DNA of 64,000 bases from Paecilomyces variotii. Its lineage: Eukaryota. A program made the translations under genes and the position numbers. The stretch lies in the NCBI GenBank assembly GCA_004022145.1, contig RCNU01000017.1. The stretch is one strand, 5' to 3'. Shown here piece after piece: positions 39,538 to 52,593 of the stretch. The notes beneath the pieces are model-generated. The model saw only the letters and a list, made by a program, of their open reading frames with translations. It did no database searches and was not told the DNA's origin. Each line of letters starts with the position of its first letter. Position 1 is the first letter of the stretch.

Positions 39538-41562
39538 TTAGATAAAGAGCCAGTCCGCTGGCGAATTATCCAGTTCCTGGATCCAGTCGAAATCATCATT
39601 GTCGTCGTCATTGCCGTCGTGATTGAGATTTATTGACTCATCCGACGTGAGGGCTTGCTCTCTCTGCAGACGTCTCTCGTCTTGTCGTTGCCACATGATT
39701 CCCAAAACCCACGCTGCATTACGCACATTGATGGATGATATGGCAGTCCAGAGAGCCTGCAGTCTGTCGAGGGCAAACGTGCGCTGGGAAACATTCTTGC
39801 TCTCGGCTCCTGCGATGAAGGTGGGCCAGATGAGACATTTGAAATGGGGATCTGGGGATCGAATGAGGGACAGCTGATAGATCAATTCGTCGGCGGCTTC
39901 GCTGTGCTCTCTGCTGCGGTAATACTTGACAGGCGTTACAGAGGACGAGGAGTTTGGCTTTGATTTCGAAAGGACCCTGCTGGCGTAAAGATAGACAGCG
40001 GCCTTGTAAGCAGAGGCCAAGGCAAGGCGTGCTGATATGTCGGTAAGAAAGAAGAAATTTTGCATCTCTTGAGCCCAGGCCGAAGGATCAAAGTTTTGGA
40101 TATGATGTAGTAAGGATTCGGGAGAACTCAAGTGGTTTAGAGGGGAGGATTCTGAGTCGTAGAGGTCGGTGTCGGAGTATCGTTGTGCGTGGACGAAGAA
40201 GATGACCTCGAGGAGGTACGCTGGGCAGCCAACCCACGACGTCTGTTCGAGGCGCTTAAGAATGCCAGGACCCATTTTGTGTGAATAGAATGGCTTCGAG
40301 AGAGCACCTGGCCGCGCCAGGGTAGATCCCATGATTTCGAGGCTGCAGACTGCGTTAGCAATGTAAACTCTGCTCGGGGCTACCAGGACAGCGAACTTAC
40401 ATCAGACAGCTATCGATAACAAAGGTATCGAGACCCTCTACTATTCTTCTCATGTTACTGTCACTCATACTGTCCTGACGACTCCTCAGAAGGTTCTTCG
40501 CTCCTTCTAGATGGAACTTCCAGGCGCCACTCCCTGATTCCATAGCATCGAGAAGTACAAGCACCAGAATGCCAGCCACGGTCTTATCATCGTTGCGCGT
40601 TATTGGATCGAGAAGGTCTAATGACAGTTGACGAAGAGCTCGATGCTTGAACCTCAAGAAATGCTCAAACGCTTGCGACGAAGGACCTTGTGATAGAGCT
40701 GTCGCACTCGTCTCGTTGTCCTGGAAAGGCAAACCGGGACCGGATATCACTGGCATTCCTGAAGCCACCAATATTAAGGATCCTTCTGCATGAGAAATGG
40801 AGGCATAATGTACTGCACCAACCGCAGCAAGTACGTCTGACAGGACTCGCGACTGAGCAACCAGCGGAATCAGATCTCGATATGGGTTCTTTACTTTGTC
40901 GTATAGTGCCAGATCGTGCACGCATCGTTGGTTGACTGCAGAAAACGATCATATCGTCAGTATACCATACCATGCACTGTATTTGATTGGTAGATCTCAG
41001 AATTAACTGGCTTACAGTGAGAGATGTAGAGGCGCGAGAGCCTATCCAGGTCCTGAAAAAGAGGATCGACAAGTGCTGCCCGCGGAGAAGGAATGTGTGT
41101 AGACTGCGGCGACCTCGCCGGCACATGCACAATAGATGTCTCATCGTTTCCATCTATGTATTGCTGATGTTCGTCACCCGTGGGCGTCCAAGGGTCTGCA
41201 GTCACTAGCGATCGTCCACGCTCGGGACCAACGGTCTGGGATTCAATTTTGCTTGCGCAGGTCTGTGGGAGTGATGTATCATTCAATACCGCTTCGAGAC
41301 GATATTCTTGACGGTCAGGAGAACCAGCGGCCCCTTCTTCTAGCCGCTGGATGTCATGGCCACGGCTCCGGGGACTATCTATGACATCGTCGAAACTCAA
41401 TCCCATCATCTTTCCACGACTGGCAACTCCTCCTTTGACCCATACCAGCGGTTTCTGATATCCCAAGCATTCTTTGCCTGCAGTGCGACATTTGCGACAT
41501 GTCGGGAGGCCATTGTCACAAACCACACGACGGCGGCGACAGGTATAGCAGCCCTTGGTCAT
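39538..41562 (-). CDS. Zn(II)2Cys6 transcription factor with Fungal_trans_2 domain (Acr-2-like)
   Basis: CYTCRRRRVVCDNGLPTCRKC..ECLGYQKPLVWVKGGVASRGKMMG, NPYRDLIPL, WKFHLEGAK and LIWPTFIAGAE across three exons. Confidence 0.9.
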
Positions 41563-43693
41563 ATCCACGGACAAGCGTGCTGTTCGTTCGAAGGTAGTGC
41601 ACGGCCAATTTGCGATAGATTTTCGTTCGAATCAAGACGACGCTGGAGGCTCAGGCAGCGGAATCGCCATCCTTACCCACACTGGGTCTGGAGGATGAAA
41701 CCTCCTGAGAAACAGTCACTATTCACGGTTCGAAGGAGGCGTTCAGATTGACAGCGACAGCATCGAGATGGGAAGAAAAGCGGGATCGGAGATCTTCTCT
41801 TGTCGATAAGTTAACAAAAGCCTATCGGAGCGGGGAGACGCCAATACATATTTAGCTATCTCGTCCCGCCTAACTAACCTCCTCTAAGTAACAGGTCAAG
41901 TTAACCTATTAACTAACTATCGCCCATATTATGTCAGCTTCTGGCTTCCTCGTTGAGCTGCGAATTCGATTTAGAACAGAAGGCAGGGGAAAGGAGATGA
42001 CCCTTTTGATTTTCACTTCCATGGTGTCGAGAAAGTCGCCAGTTTCATGGAGAGCCCTGGCAGATACACAGATCGGTGGATGCTCATGAGAAGGGCCGTC
42101 TTCCAGGATCTCACGGGCGATAAACAAGGACGATGTAGGAGCATGGACATGTATCTCTGACGGTCCTCTACTGCTCTACCCGATCACATCATTACTTCTC
42201 TTCTTCAAGATGATAATCTTGGTGGATCCTCCGAATCTGAGATCTTTCCCATGCTCATTGTCACAACTACATTGAAAACATCCTTACGGATGAAGCCGGT
42301 ATGACATTCATTCTAGAATCTCGTGGTCATATGACGAAGCGTGCTCTGATCTCTTGATAGTTCCCCATGCTCTTTCTGATCAGTATGCAGTATTCTTGAT
42401 CGTTAAACTCATTATTCGATACCGGCAATCGCCCTGGTGAAACGTGACGCAGGGTCCCGACTCCGGCCCAGCCCGATTCTAGCGCTGAGATTGAAAGGAT
42501 ATACTCCGTCTTACTTACGTTGCAGTAGACCAATATCACCGGTACTGGAAGCTTCGGATGCTTTGTACGGTCCACCCGTGGGTTAAGCTATCTGATGGAA
42601 CCCATTAACCCGGACCTTCGAGCCCGAGAAATATCATACATTCTAAGCCAATTCCGATGGTGACAAAAGGGCAGAGAGGGTAGAAGTTCTTGTTTAAGCT
42701 TCATACTGCATCAGTGACGGCCGGAGATCGAGCCGATTGAGTGACCACATGGGCTTCGATCCGTCCCCGAAGACCTTCCAAGATCCAGCCACTTCCACCA
42801 GCCTCTGACTTCCTATGCTCTTCTCAGTGCAGCCAAGCTGCCTGAGCCACTCCTCGCCACTCCATCGGTCGGGCCGCGGTTGGCGTTGTTCCTTGATGCT
42901 GGCCGATATCCCCTGCTGCGCCGTCGGGAACCCAACAGCCAATGTTGGTTGCAGTCAGCGCCCTTTTCAGCTGTCGAGGTTGCGGAGACGCTGCTCGGCA
43001 ACAGCGTCATTGGCGACTCTCGTCCTCACGATGGCCCCGCTGGTCAACACCAAGAGATCCGTCTTGCTGCGAGGTCCGCACTGGCTTGAAAGCTCCATGG
43101 GTTCATTGGCACAGAGGCCGGGCGGACTGAACTGGGACGGCTGTCGATAGCCACCATGACTGTAGGTCGCTCAGTTGAATTGTCAAGCGCGACAAGTTGG
43201 TGGCTGCTGGGGATTAACGCCCATGCCTGGATGCTAGTTAGACTAGTGTAAAGCAGACCGGACCCATCGCTTCGACCACGGACCACGTCTTTAGCCGTGG
43301 AGCGCAGAGAAGCCTGTCAGGTCGTCTATCCCTCCTGAAGCTCAAACCGCGGCAGGCACAAAGTTCCTGATATCCATGGTGTCGTTGTCGACTCTTCGTT
43401 TCGCTTGCGGTGCGGTTTTGTTTATCTCGCCGTTTCCGTTCCTATCGATAACCCTAAATCCAGCGTATCCCGGAGGCTTGCGGGGAACCACTTCGTCCCG
43501 CTGCCAGTTATAATAATATAAACAATCCTCCGAATCGCGCAACCCTAGTGCGCACCGGGACTCTCTGCGGCGATTCTGTTCAGGCGCAGGGAACGGTCTA
43601 CATCCTCCCAACCTCTCCATCTGCTAGGCGCTGTTGGGTTCACAGGAGGCTTGATTGAAGCAGTTGGGATACGATGACAGGGCCATACTGGCT

Positions 43694-45426
43694 ATGACAA
43701 CCGAAGCCACCATCTCACCCATGGTCTCCCATCCCCAGGTTCTGGGTCGCTCTACCCCGATGCCTCCGCAGGCGCTGTCGTCCCGTCATACTCATACTAG
43801 ACGCCATCGCTATGGCCGTTCGCATCACGGAGGATCCTCGTACCAGCCCCAGAACGAATTTCCTATTTTCACTCATACGGGGGATGTGGAAATCATCATC
43901 AGCGCCGGTGGACAGGAACGGAGATATTTGTTGCATCGTTTGATACTGGCTCAGTGTTCGGGCTTTTTCGAAGCCAGCACCAGCGAAGAATGGTCGCGCA
44001 CACAGGCGCAGCCGGTGACCCAGACATCATCGCGAACAGAACAGCAACTGCCCTGTATAGACGAAGATGATCCACAAAGTGCAGCACCATTGCATGCAAA
44101 TCAAGGGTCTGCAACTGGGTCTGGGGTGTCGGGAAAGAAGAGATGGAGATATGAGCTAGACTGGGAAAATAGAGAGGAAGATGAAGAACCGATCTTGGTC
44201 CAGAAGGTATGTTAAGGATTTGCCGATACAGTCTCTAGATGTGACTGACTCGTCATTTCTCGATACAGGCCCCAAGCTCTACGACCGTCTTCGGAGGTGA
44301 CTTTGCTCCTCCTCCTCCCTCAACGACCAAACCATCAGCACCGCAGGCAGGTTTCTTTCGGTCCATGGCCAACCTGGCAGGCATGCAGTCCACTTTACGC
44401 CTTCCTAACAATGCTGTCGAAGAAGCTCCGGTTGATCCCCTCATTAGAGACTACGACAATCTCTTCAGAATATTCTATAATTACCCTCCGGTGTTGAACA
44501 GTATGAATATAGCTTCTGCATATGCAGAATGCAAGGCCCTATTGGGTTTAGCTGACATGTACGATGCCCTTCCGGTTACTGGATCTAGGGTGGACCATCA
44601 TCTTCTGCGCTTCGGATCGCGACTATTTAAGCAGATCGCCAAATATCCACCTAGTTATCTGAAGCTCGGATATCTGGCGCGAAGTCGCATCATATTCTCC
44701 GAAGCTCTTATCCACGTCGTGGGCCAGTGGCCAGCAGCCCTCCCTCACCTCCGAGAGGCGCCCTATTCCCCGATTCCGGACTCAGTGCTCGACCTGATTG
44801 AAGATAAGGTCGATGACTTGGAGGAACTGAAGGCGCGGGTAGAGTCGAAGCTCTTTCGCCTCAGTTTGACCACCTCTCGAGGCGAGCGCGTCAGCCCGGC
44901 TAATGCTTACCTTGACTGGCTTGCGGTATCCTTGTTTCGACAATGGCTAGTTGAAAACACGACGCCGCCACCAGCGCCCATCCTCAAGAACTCTGCGCAA
45001 AATGCCAATGCAGGGAATGCCAATAGTACGAATCAAAACACCACTGCTGCAGCACCGAGATCCGCACCGACGCAGCCACCTTTCAACCCTGGCCGGGTCT
45101 ACCGTCTCTTAGGCTCATCTTCAAGCCAAGCTTACCTCCCTCGTGACGAACTCAAGCGATTTCTGAAGCTTCACCCAGGCTCCTCTTCGTCAGATTCATT
45201 CTATTCCCGTGACAACCTCAAACGTTTTGAGCGGAAGATGGAGGAGATCAAACGCCTGGCAAGAGAAATCGTCAAGCCGCTCATGCGCAATTTCCTGGAG
45301 CTGGATCTCCGAGGCAACGATGGCGGAGGGAGTTCAGGAGGCAGCGGTGTCGGTGATGGCGGGTTGGGAGGACTGCCCTACTTGACCTGCACGAAAATTG
45401 ACGACCAAGACCTTCCATGGGACTGA
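43694..45426 (+). CDS. BTB/POZ-like domain protein
   Basis: GDVEIII..YLLHRLILAQCSGFFEAS BTB-type start. Exons 43694-44206 and 44269-45426 join in frame. Confidence 0.85.
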
Positions 45427-46362
45427 TTGAACACGGCCGACAATACGAATTTATAACCTTTTTATGACCTGATGGGCGGGGACCACCCACCTAACCCAAT
45501 TTTAGTATACAATCATCTAGGAGCCAACGGGCTTCTTCCTTCCAAGCCTCTAACCTGAACCTGCACGCAGAGTTCTTCAAGGGGAATATCTTCCTTTCTG
45601 CTTTCTCCCCTCTACTTGATTTATTGCTTAACGTCACGCCCCCGTCACTGCGCATTTATATACTCTGCAATGCTTTTATTATCACGAGTCCACGAAGCTA
45701 TGATATCCCGTCTCATTTCATCGCATATGTTGCCCTTTTCTTTTTTCTGTTTCAGGGTTGAATGTCTATTTTTCTCTATTTGGAAATGTCGCTCCCAAGG
45801 CAAAAGGAGGGGGAAACCTATATACCTGTACGTAACGGAGCCCGGCAGGTTGTTTTGTCCTGTCTTCCCATTCCCTTACTCCCTTAATGTCTTTATCTTA
45901 TCTTCCTGGATATGATACTCTTTGAAAGAGTCATCAATGTGATTTACTATTCTTATACATATACAATGGTAACTGTGAGAGTATGTGTTGGATATTCAAA
46001 TAATTTTAACTATAAACACTCCGAATTCGGCCCCTAACATTCTGTTCACGGGAGTTTCCTGGGTATTTTTTTCGCTCAATTTTTTTTTATTTGACTTTTT
46101 TGAAGGATATGTTATAGTTGAAGATGTTTCTGCGATAGGAAAGCACCAAAATTAGGAATATAGCTCAGGTACTGTCCATTTTATGGACCGAGCTGGGAGT
46201 GCCTCCGTGAGAGGGCAGATCCTGTACTTGCGTAACTTCAATTGCTGAGTTGAATTTTTATATTGTACATCATCTAGCTATGGTACAGAACACTACTCAT
46301 TATCTCCTTTTTGCTCTCCTTTGTATGTACATAAGGCTAGAGACCGAGAAGAATAATTCCTC

Positions 46363-47922
46363 TCACGCCTTAGTTCCTCCAATAGTTTCAATTCCGCCCA
46401 TGAATGTCCTCAGAACCTCTGGAATGACGACAACTCCGTTCTCCGCATCCCATCCATTCTCCAGAATAGCTGCAATCACACGCGGCACCGCCATTGCAGT
46501 TCCATTGACCGTGTGCGGGAATCGCGCCTCCTTGATCGCGCCTCCCCGGGCTCTTGTTCCCAGTCGTCGACTCTGGTAGTCCGTGCAGATAGAGGCAGAT
46601 GTCACTTCTCCCCAGGCAGTTTCGAGATCGGAGTTCCGGAATCGAGATGGGAAGAGTGCTTCAATATCGCGCTTGCGGTTGGCGCTGGCGCCTAGGTCGG
46701 TGCTGGGCATCTCAAGAATGCGGCAGGGGAGGCCCAGGGAGGTCAGGATCTCGGTCTGGATGTCGAGGAGTTCGGAGAAGAGGGTCTCGGAGGAAGCAGT
46801 GGGGGACGATGCAGTTGTAGTCTCGGGGATGTTGTCTGCCCAACCGAAGAGTTCTACTTTTGTGAACTCATGGACGCGATAGAGTCCCTTGGTGTCGACA
46901 CCGCGGGCTCCAGCCTCAGCGCGATAGCATCGACTCGCGCCTACCAGCTTGATGGGCAATTCCGATGCGTCAATGTCACGCCCAGCGTACATCGCCGCGA
47001 GAGGGATCTCCGCCGTAGCAGTGAGCGAACGCTGCGGCTTGCTCTTGTCCTTCTCACTTTGTTCGATAGCCCAGATCTGCTGCTCATTGTTCTGGTCGCG
47101 AGGTTGGAATCCGCATGCTTCGGCGATGTAGGAGTAAACGATGGATGGTGGGGACACAACTCGCCAGCCACGACGACGAGCGACACTCAGTGCGTATTGT
47201 ACCAATGCATGTTCGAGCAGAGCGCCTTCGTTCGTGAGGAAGTACCATCCCCAGCCCGTCGAAGTCGCAGAGCTGGTGAAATCAATAAGACCAAGGTCGG
47301 ATCCGATATCGACGTGAGAACGGGACGATTCGCGTTTGTTCACCCACGATGGAGGAGATGCTGGGTCATAGTTAATATAAGAAACCAGCTTCGGGTCATC
47401 CCCGACAGGTGTTTCGCTGGATGACAGATTCGGTAGAGATAGCGCCAGCCGTTGGATCTCATCGACATAGTCCTCCTTCTGCGTCGTCATGGTCTGGGAT
47501 TCCTCCTTGAGCTTCTGCGCTTCTTGACGAAGCGCTGCTAGCTCCTTGCTCGCACTGGGATCTTTATTCTCTCCATCCTGCGCAATGGTGCGGGCAAGCT
47601 TCGCTATTGACTTTTCCAACTGCTTGATTCGGGATCTGGGCGCTTGGAGATCGTGATCGAGTCGTCGTGTTTCATCGGAGAGCCGTTGAATCCGCGATGG
47701 GTATTCTGCATGGGACGCATAGTTGCGCTCAATGCAATTCTTCGCATACAGTTCTGCGTTCTGGCGAATGTGCTTGACGTCTGGGACTGGCTTCGGTGCT
47801 GTTGGCGGTCGAGGCACGTCGCTCCGCCGCGACGAGGAGGTGAAATTGCGCCGTAGAGAACGGCTCAGGCCATGGCGTGATTGGCATTGGAGACAGATAT
47901 ATGGAGCCCGGGAGGCGGCCAT
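46363..47922 (-). CDS. Seryl-tRNA synthetase, probably mitochondrial (Dia4-like)
   Basis: TATAEIPL, CYRAEAGARGVDTKGLYRVHEFTKVE, DLGASA, EVTSASICTDYQSRRL and HTVNGTAMAVPR. The Arg/Ser-rich N-terminus resembles a presequence. ATG at 47922. Confidence 0.94.
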   Translation of the reverse strand: MAASRAPYICLQCQSRHGLSRSLRRNFTSSSRRSDVPRPPTAPKPVPDVKHIRQNAELYAKNCIERNYASHAEYPSRIQRLSDETRRLDHDLQAPRSRIKQLEKSIAKLARTIAQDGENKDPSASKELAALRQEAQKLKEESQTMTTQKEDYVDEIQRLALSLPNLSSSETPVGDDPKLVSYINYDPASPPSWVNKRESSRSHVDIGSDLGLIDFTSSATSTGWGWYFLTNEGALLEHALVQYALSVARRRGWRVVSPPSIVYSYIAEACGFQPRDQNNEQQIWAIEQSEKDKSKPQRSLTATAEIPLAAMYAGRDIDASELPIKLVGASRCYRAEAGARGVDTKGLYRVHEFTKVELFGWADNIPETTTASSPTASSETLFSELLDIQTEILTSLGLPCRILEMPSTDLGASANRKRDIEALFPSRFRNSDLETAWGEVTSASICTDYQSRRLGTRARGGAIKEARFPHTVNGTAMAVPRVIAAILENGWDAENGVVVIPEVLRTFMGGIETIGGTKA

Positions 47923-48417
47923 TGGAGATCTGTCTGATTGACGATGCTGAGTCGTATGGAGGAGGTGAACAGGAAATCCGGGAGTCGTACGGGAGGAAGT
48001 TCGTCGGAGTTGAAGCTTAACCTCCGACTTCAATGCTGGTGGAGCTTCCCAACCGAACTATGAAGGAAAGCATTTATTTACCCGGACTCACACCAGTATA
48101 GCTGTAGAATAGCATTCGAATTATTATTATATTCGCCTTCTGACACTTCATGGATTGTCTCCTTGATTGAATATGAATCATATTTTGCTAACAGATTACT
48201 ATAGCGAGATGTAACAAAGTTTTGCGAGAGAAGAGTATGACCAAATAAACAAGCTTCTTGCGTATTGCGCATTGAAGGTGCAAACAATATCATATTCATC
48301 AAACCGAAATACCACGTATTCATTTCTCATAAATTCCCTTGTCGATCGGGCTGTATTCATATTCAGGCCGTTTTATACTCATGCCCAGCACAACCTCAGC
48401 GTTGAACCGCGCGGAAA

Positions 48418-49368
48418 TTAGAAACCCAGCTTGTGCTTCTTGATGCGCGCTCCAACGCCCAGAATCACCAGCACAGAAGCAACTAGGACGGCCCAGAGCT
48501 GGATGCCCAAGACGGCCTGATTATAAGTAGTCTGCGTCGCCGCTGCGACCGTCGCAAGCTCCAGAACTAGCAGAAAATATCCGAAAAGGCGATGGTATTT
48601 GTAGATCTTCTTTCCCCGTTCAACGCTGCCGAGGATCTGAGACGGGAAGAAATACTGGATGATGCCGACGGATGCTTGTAGCGCAATGAGGATGTATGTC
48701 ACCAGGCCCAGGATGGCATGGACCGAGGTGAATCGCGGGTGATCACCCTTGTTGATCTCAATTATGGTGAGGGCTGCGATGAAGGAGAGATTGCTGATCG
48801 CCAGCAGGCTAAAATGCACCCTCGTTCCGATCCTCTTCTGTTTGGGGGTTGCTGTTGGTTGCAAGGTAAGGATTGCCTGCACCTGAAGGAGGATTGCGGA
48901 GGAGTTAAGGAGCTTCGACAGAGTCAGTATCGACTGAGGTGAAATAAACGATAACGAAAGATACTGAGATCGACGTACCGGATGGGCAGAGAAGAAGATC
49001 AACGGGTGAGAGAAGATGCCCGACCAGACGAGGGCAACCAACTAAGCATTGATTGAGCTGTCAGTAACAGAACATCTATGGCTGAAAAATTTCTGCCATG
49101 ATAAAGACTCACAATCCATATGCCAGCCTGCGCAACTGTTGCTGTTCCTAATCCGGGGTCAGTAACAGTCCCCAGGATCTAACTATCAAGGAGCATCATC
49201 CACTGTATTTGTGGATTCGGACACTGCAGACGCACCTGTAATAAGATTATGATGGATTCCGACTCCTTCCTTCTGAGTGACAGCTCCTGGAGTTCCCAGC
49301 AAAGGCTCGTCCTCTCGAGCCTCGACTGTTGTGGGATGTTGTTCTGGTATGCCTGTTGCGGAGGCCAT
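48418..49368 (-). CDS. Cytochrome b561 domain membrane protein, 4 exons
   Basis: FSAHP|LLNS, RVHFSL, HPRFTSVHAILG and KYHRLFG supply the conserved heme-ligand histidines. Canonical introns. Confidence 0.88.
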
Positions 49369-50256
49369 GATGAGATGATGTCACCGGTAGAGGGCGTCTC
49401 CAGCTCGAAACTAGGACAATGCGATAGCTAGTGAGAGGAATATCCAAAACTAACAGATTCCAGAGTGACAATTACGAGAGACGAGACAGGCTTGCTCTCA
49501 ACTACATCGTACGGATGATCTCAGCTCTGATGGCGAGCCGGAGGAGTTGGATTGCAAATCACCCGCTCATCCAATCGTCTCCGGCGCATTTGGCAGCGGG
49601 GTAGAAGTCTCGTCTCGTCCATCTCATCTCACTGGGCACTCCAGAACCACCTCTAGAGTCCTAATGCGGGGTTCCATCTATATCAGAAACATATCCAGGC
49701 CTTCCCAGCTTCTGGGTGGTGTCTGGATGTCTGCCACAGCTGCATCCAACCATCTCTGTTCTGCATCGCAGACTTCCGGCCGTGGAAAGCTGGGCGTGCA
49801 AACGTTGGAGGGGAGTCTGCAGACTACGCCAGATAGTGGCAGCCTCGGTCTCTTCATCGGAGCGCACACAATGAGACTAAAGATGCGAAAAGACCCGGCG
49901 CTTAACACCGACATTTCTTAAGCGTCGACCTGTCGCGCCGACCCGGAGAGCCGCAGATCAGTTCCAGACCCTGAATCGGTTCTATACTAACTTTTACTTA
50001 GGCTCTTCGCTAAGCCAAGTGATAAACGCATAACTAACCGCCACGGCCATCTGCATAATTAATTACCTAGAGTGCAGCTGAACATTATCCAGAACTGGGG
50101 GCAGTGAACTCGCTCGAGGCCGTTACCTTAGTTCAGGCACCGGTCACTGTAACCACCGGCACCGATATCGCTGTCAGGCGCACACAGCTGGTCGAACCCC
50201 AACACGACGCTGGATGCATGCCTGAGATCTGATATCCATCGCCCCGGTCTCCCAGT

Positions 50257-50736
50257 ATGACCATCGAGCCGTTGGAGTTCGATGTCGATGGCCTCTACAT
50301 CCTGGTGCGTGACCTGGGAGATACGTATCGCTTCCACTGGGGACTATATCTGGCGACCAAGCCGTGCACCGGCGACCTCTTCCACGCCGTCAACACGGTG
50401 AACAAGAACAGCTGGGCCTACGAAGTCAGACAAGACATCAATCTGATAGACTGGAGGTTCTTGGCGGCAGTGAAGGTGGGCATGATCGAGACTGAACTGC
50501 ACGATGCTCTGCGCAGCAGGCTTCAGGAGATCCCTATGGGATATTCCTCCAGGTATAAAGAGGAAATGAGTTGCCGTGTCTGGGTCAAGGAATCATTGTT
50601 CGCCCTGGACAATGAGGGCTTCATCCAACTTGTCGGAAGCGTTAATGCCATCGATATGGAGGCAAAATCAGAGGCTATGAGAAACAAACTTGAAGGGAGG
50701 CGAACGATTATCAAGAGCGCCGGGAGCTTAGAATGA
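50257..50736 (+). CDS. 159-aa hypothetical protein, permuted papain-like pattern (FHWGLY ... SCRVWV)
   Basis: Intact single-exon ATG ORF with His-Trp near the N-terminus and Cys-Arg-x-Trp-Val near the C-terminus. Confidence 0.75.
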   Translation: MTIEPLEFDVDGLYILVRDLGDTYRFHWGLYLATKPCTGDLFHAVNTVNKNSWAYEVRQDINLIDWRFLAAVKVGMIETELHDALRSRLQEIPMGYSSRYKEEMSCRVWVKESLFALDNEGFIQLVGSVNAIDMEAKSEAMRNKLEGRRTIIKSAGSLE

Positions 50737-52593
50737 ATCCAGAAATTTCCAAGGTGCGTAATCATCTCCATTCGAGTTGTGCAGATGAACAAAGACGGTT
50801 GATTAGGATCAAAAACTAGGCGTTATTATTGGCCGATAAGGACCTTAAAAAGTTGAGACTTCTTTGATGACGAGCAGTCAGCTCGCTGAATCACGATTCT
50901 GCCCACTATTATCCTCCTTGGTTGGTGCGATTCCCTGGGGCGATGAATCCAAGAAGAGTGCGGGGCCAGCCCGCAACACCCCCAGAAAAGCATATTGAGA
51001 GAGATAAATCGATCATTCATTCAATATCTCCCACTGTGGCTGATATTCGACGGCGCACGATTGGCGCCAGGCTTGTTGCAACAACCATACATTCCTTTGT
51101 GGAATATATTCTGCAGAAAGTGATAACACGGCCATATCGGCCATATTCTACAATTTCAACAAGGGGAAAGTGAGACCTGTGACTCCAGAGCTGAAGCATA
51201 ACATCGTTCGAAAGGACTTTTCTTCTGTTCGATTGCTCTTTTTATTCTTGTTCTTCTTTGATATTTCCTATGATCAGTCTTGACGTGGAAGGAATAAAGC
51301 TATCAGGGGTCTCCTAACTTAACTGTCTAGGAAGCGTTCAGGCGAGAAAATACAACGGAGCAGGCGAGATACATTGCCAGCTACGATAACTGCCTGGAGC
51401 TGTCCTGACAGGCCTCGATGGCCACCGTGACGGAAAGGGTAAGCTACACCGGCGAGGAAGCATTTCCTAGATAGTTACATAGAGACGCCTCTATTTTAAC
51501 AGTGAGAAGGATTGATGAATTGTTCTAATCTACTCTATCACTTCCACTCTATGCTATAGTTGAAGACTCCTTTACTCCTAACCTACGACTATATGAACGA
51601 ACGGCGACGCCCTCGCTTCGCCAGGCTACCTATAGTTAGCTGGCACCGGAACCTCTGTCTCTTACAGCAACTCTGGCAGAAAAGCAAAGAAGAAATATGT
51701 GTTTGTTATTCTCCCTCTTTCTTTTCTTTTCCTTTTTTATAGGTAATTCAAAATGGGGGCTCTTCGACATTATAGAACTTTTTGGATGTTATATGGCTGG
51801 CTGTATGGACCTACTGTCTCAGAAGTCTTTTGCTCAGAAGAGACGAACGACGAATTTATGAATGGCTGGGAAATTGGCTAAGGCAACGGCAATACGAATC
51901 AGCTTTTTCAGCGTGAGATTTATCTTCTAGAAGAGATGGATAGGCTTCATTTGCGAAGGATTTCGGATTCGAGTTCGCAGGACACTGAAGATGGTGATTC
52001 GAAAGGTATCCGAAAGTCAAAAAGTCTATAAAACTCCCTAGACCAGACCGTGAAGGGCTTACGGCTTTGTAAGAAAAACTACGATAAGCTTGCAGCCAGT
52101 CTACTTTATACAGGTCCATGGGCGTTTGGTCTCATTGTCAAAACATTGTTTTCTCCATACTAAACACGAGAATTCACTGCAAATCTAGAGGTGGACGTTG
52201 TGAACGAGACTGCGGTTATTGTGGGAAAGCCTGAAAAATGGCTGGCAGAGCAACAGAATGCTGGGATATACGTTACAACTCTTTTTGCTTGTTATCCTAT
52301 CCGAATCCTCGTAGATCTTTGACTTGTTCGGCATGGATTTGCGGCTTCTACTAGGAGTCGAGTTTCAGAATCTCCGTACAAAAATTGAAGGGAACTGATA
52401 GGTCTTGGACGAATCTAACGGGATTTATAGATCGGAATCCCAGATATTGGAGTTTCAATTAGTGCCAGGCGGTGCTAACAGCTTCAGATTTTCCTATCTA
52501 GAGAAGGAGTTTTTCACCCCCGAAGCACATCACCCTGACTATCTCAGCTCATACCTACATCAAGAAGACCATTGAAGATAGGCACACTCAGAT

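Noticed and set aside
41900-43600. Short ORFs between the Zn2Cys6 and BTB genes
   Set aside because: No coherent gene model or motif. Likely promoter/UTR sequence, possibly with unidentifiable relics.
51200-52500. Possible decayed coding sequence
   Set aside because: Fragments are too short and degenerate to assign.
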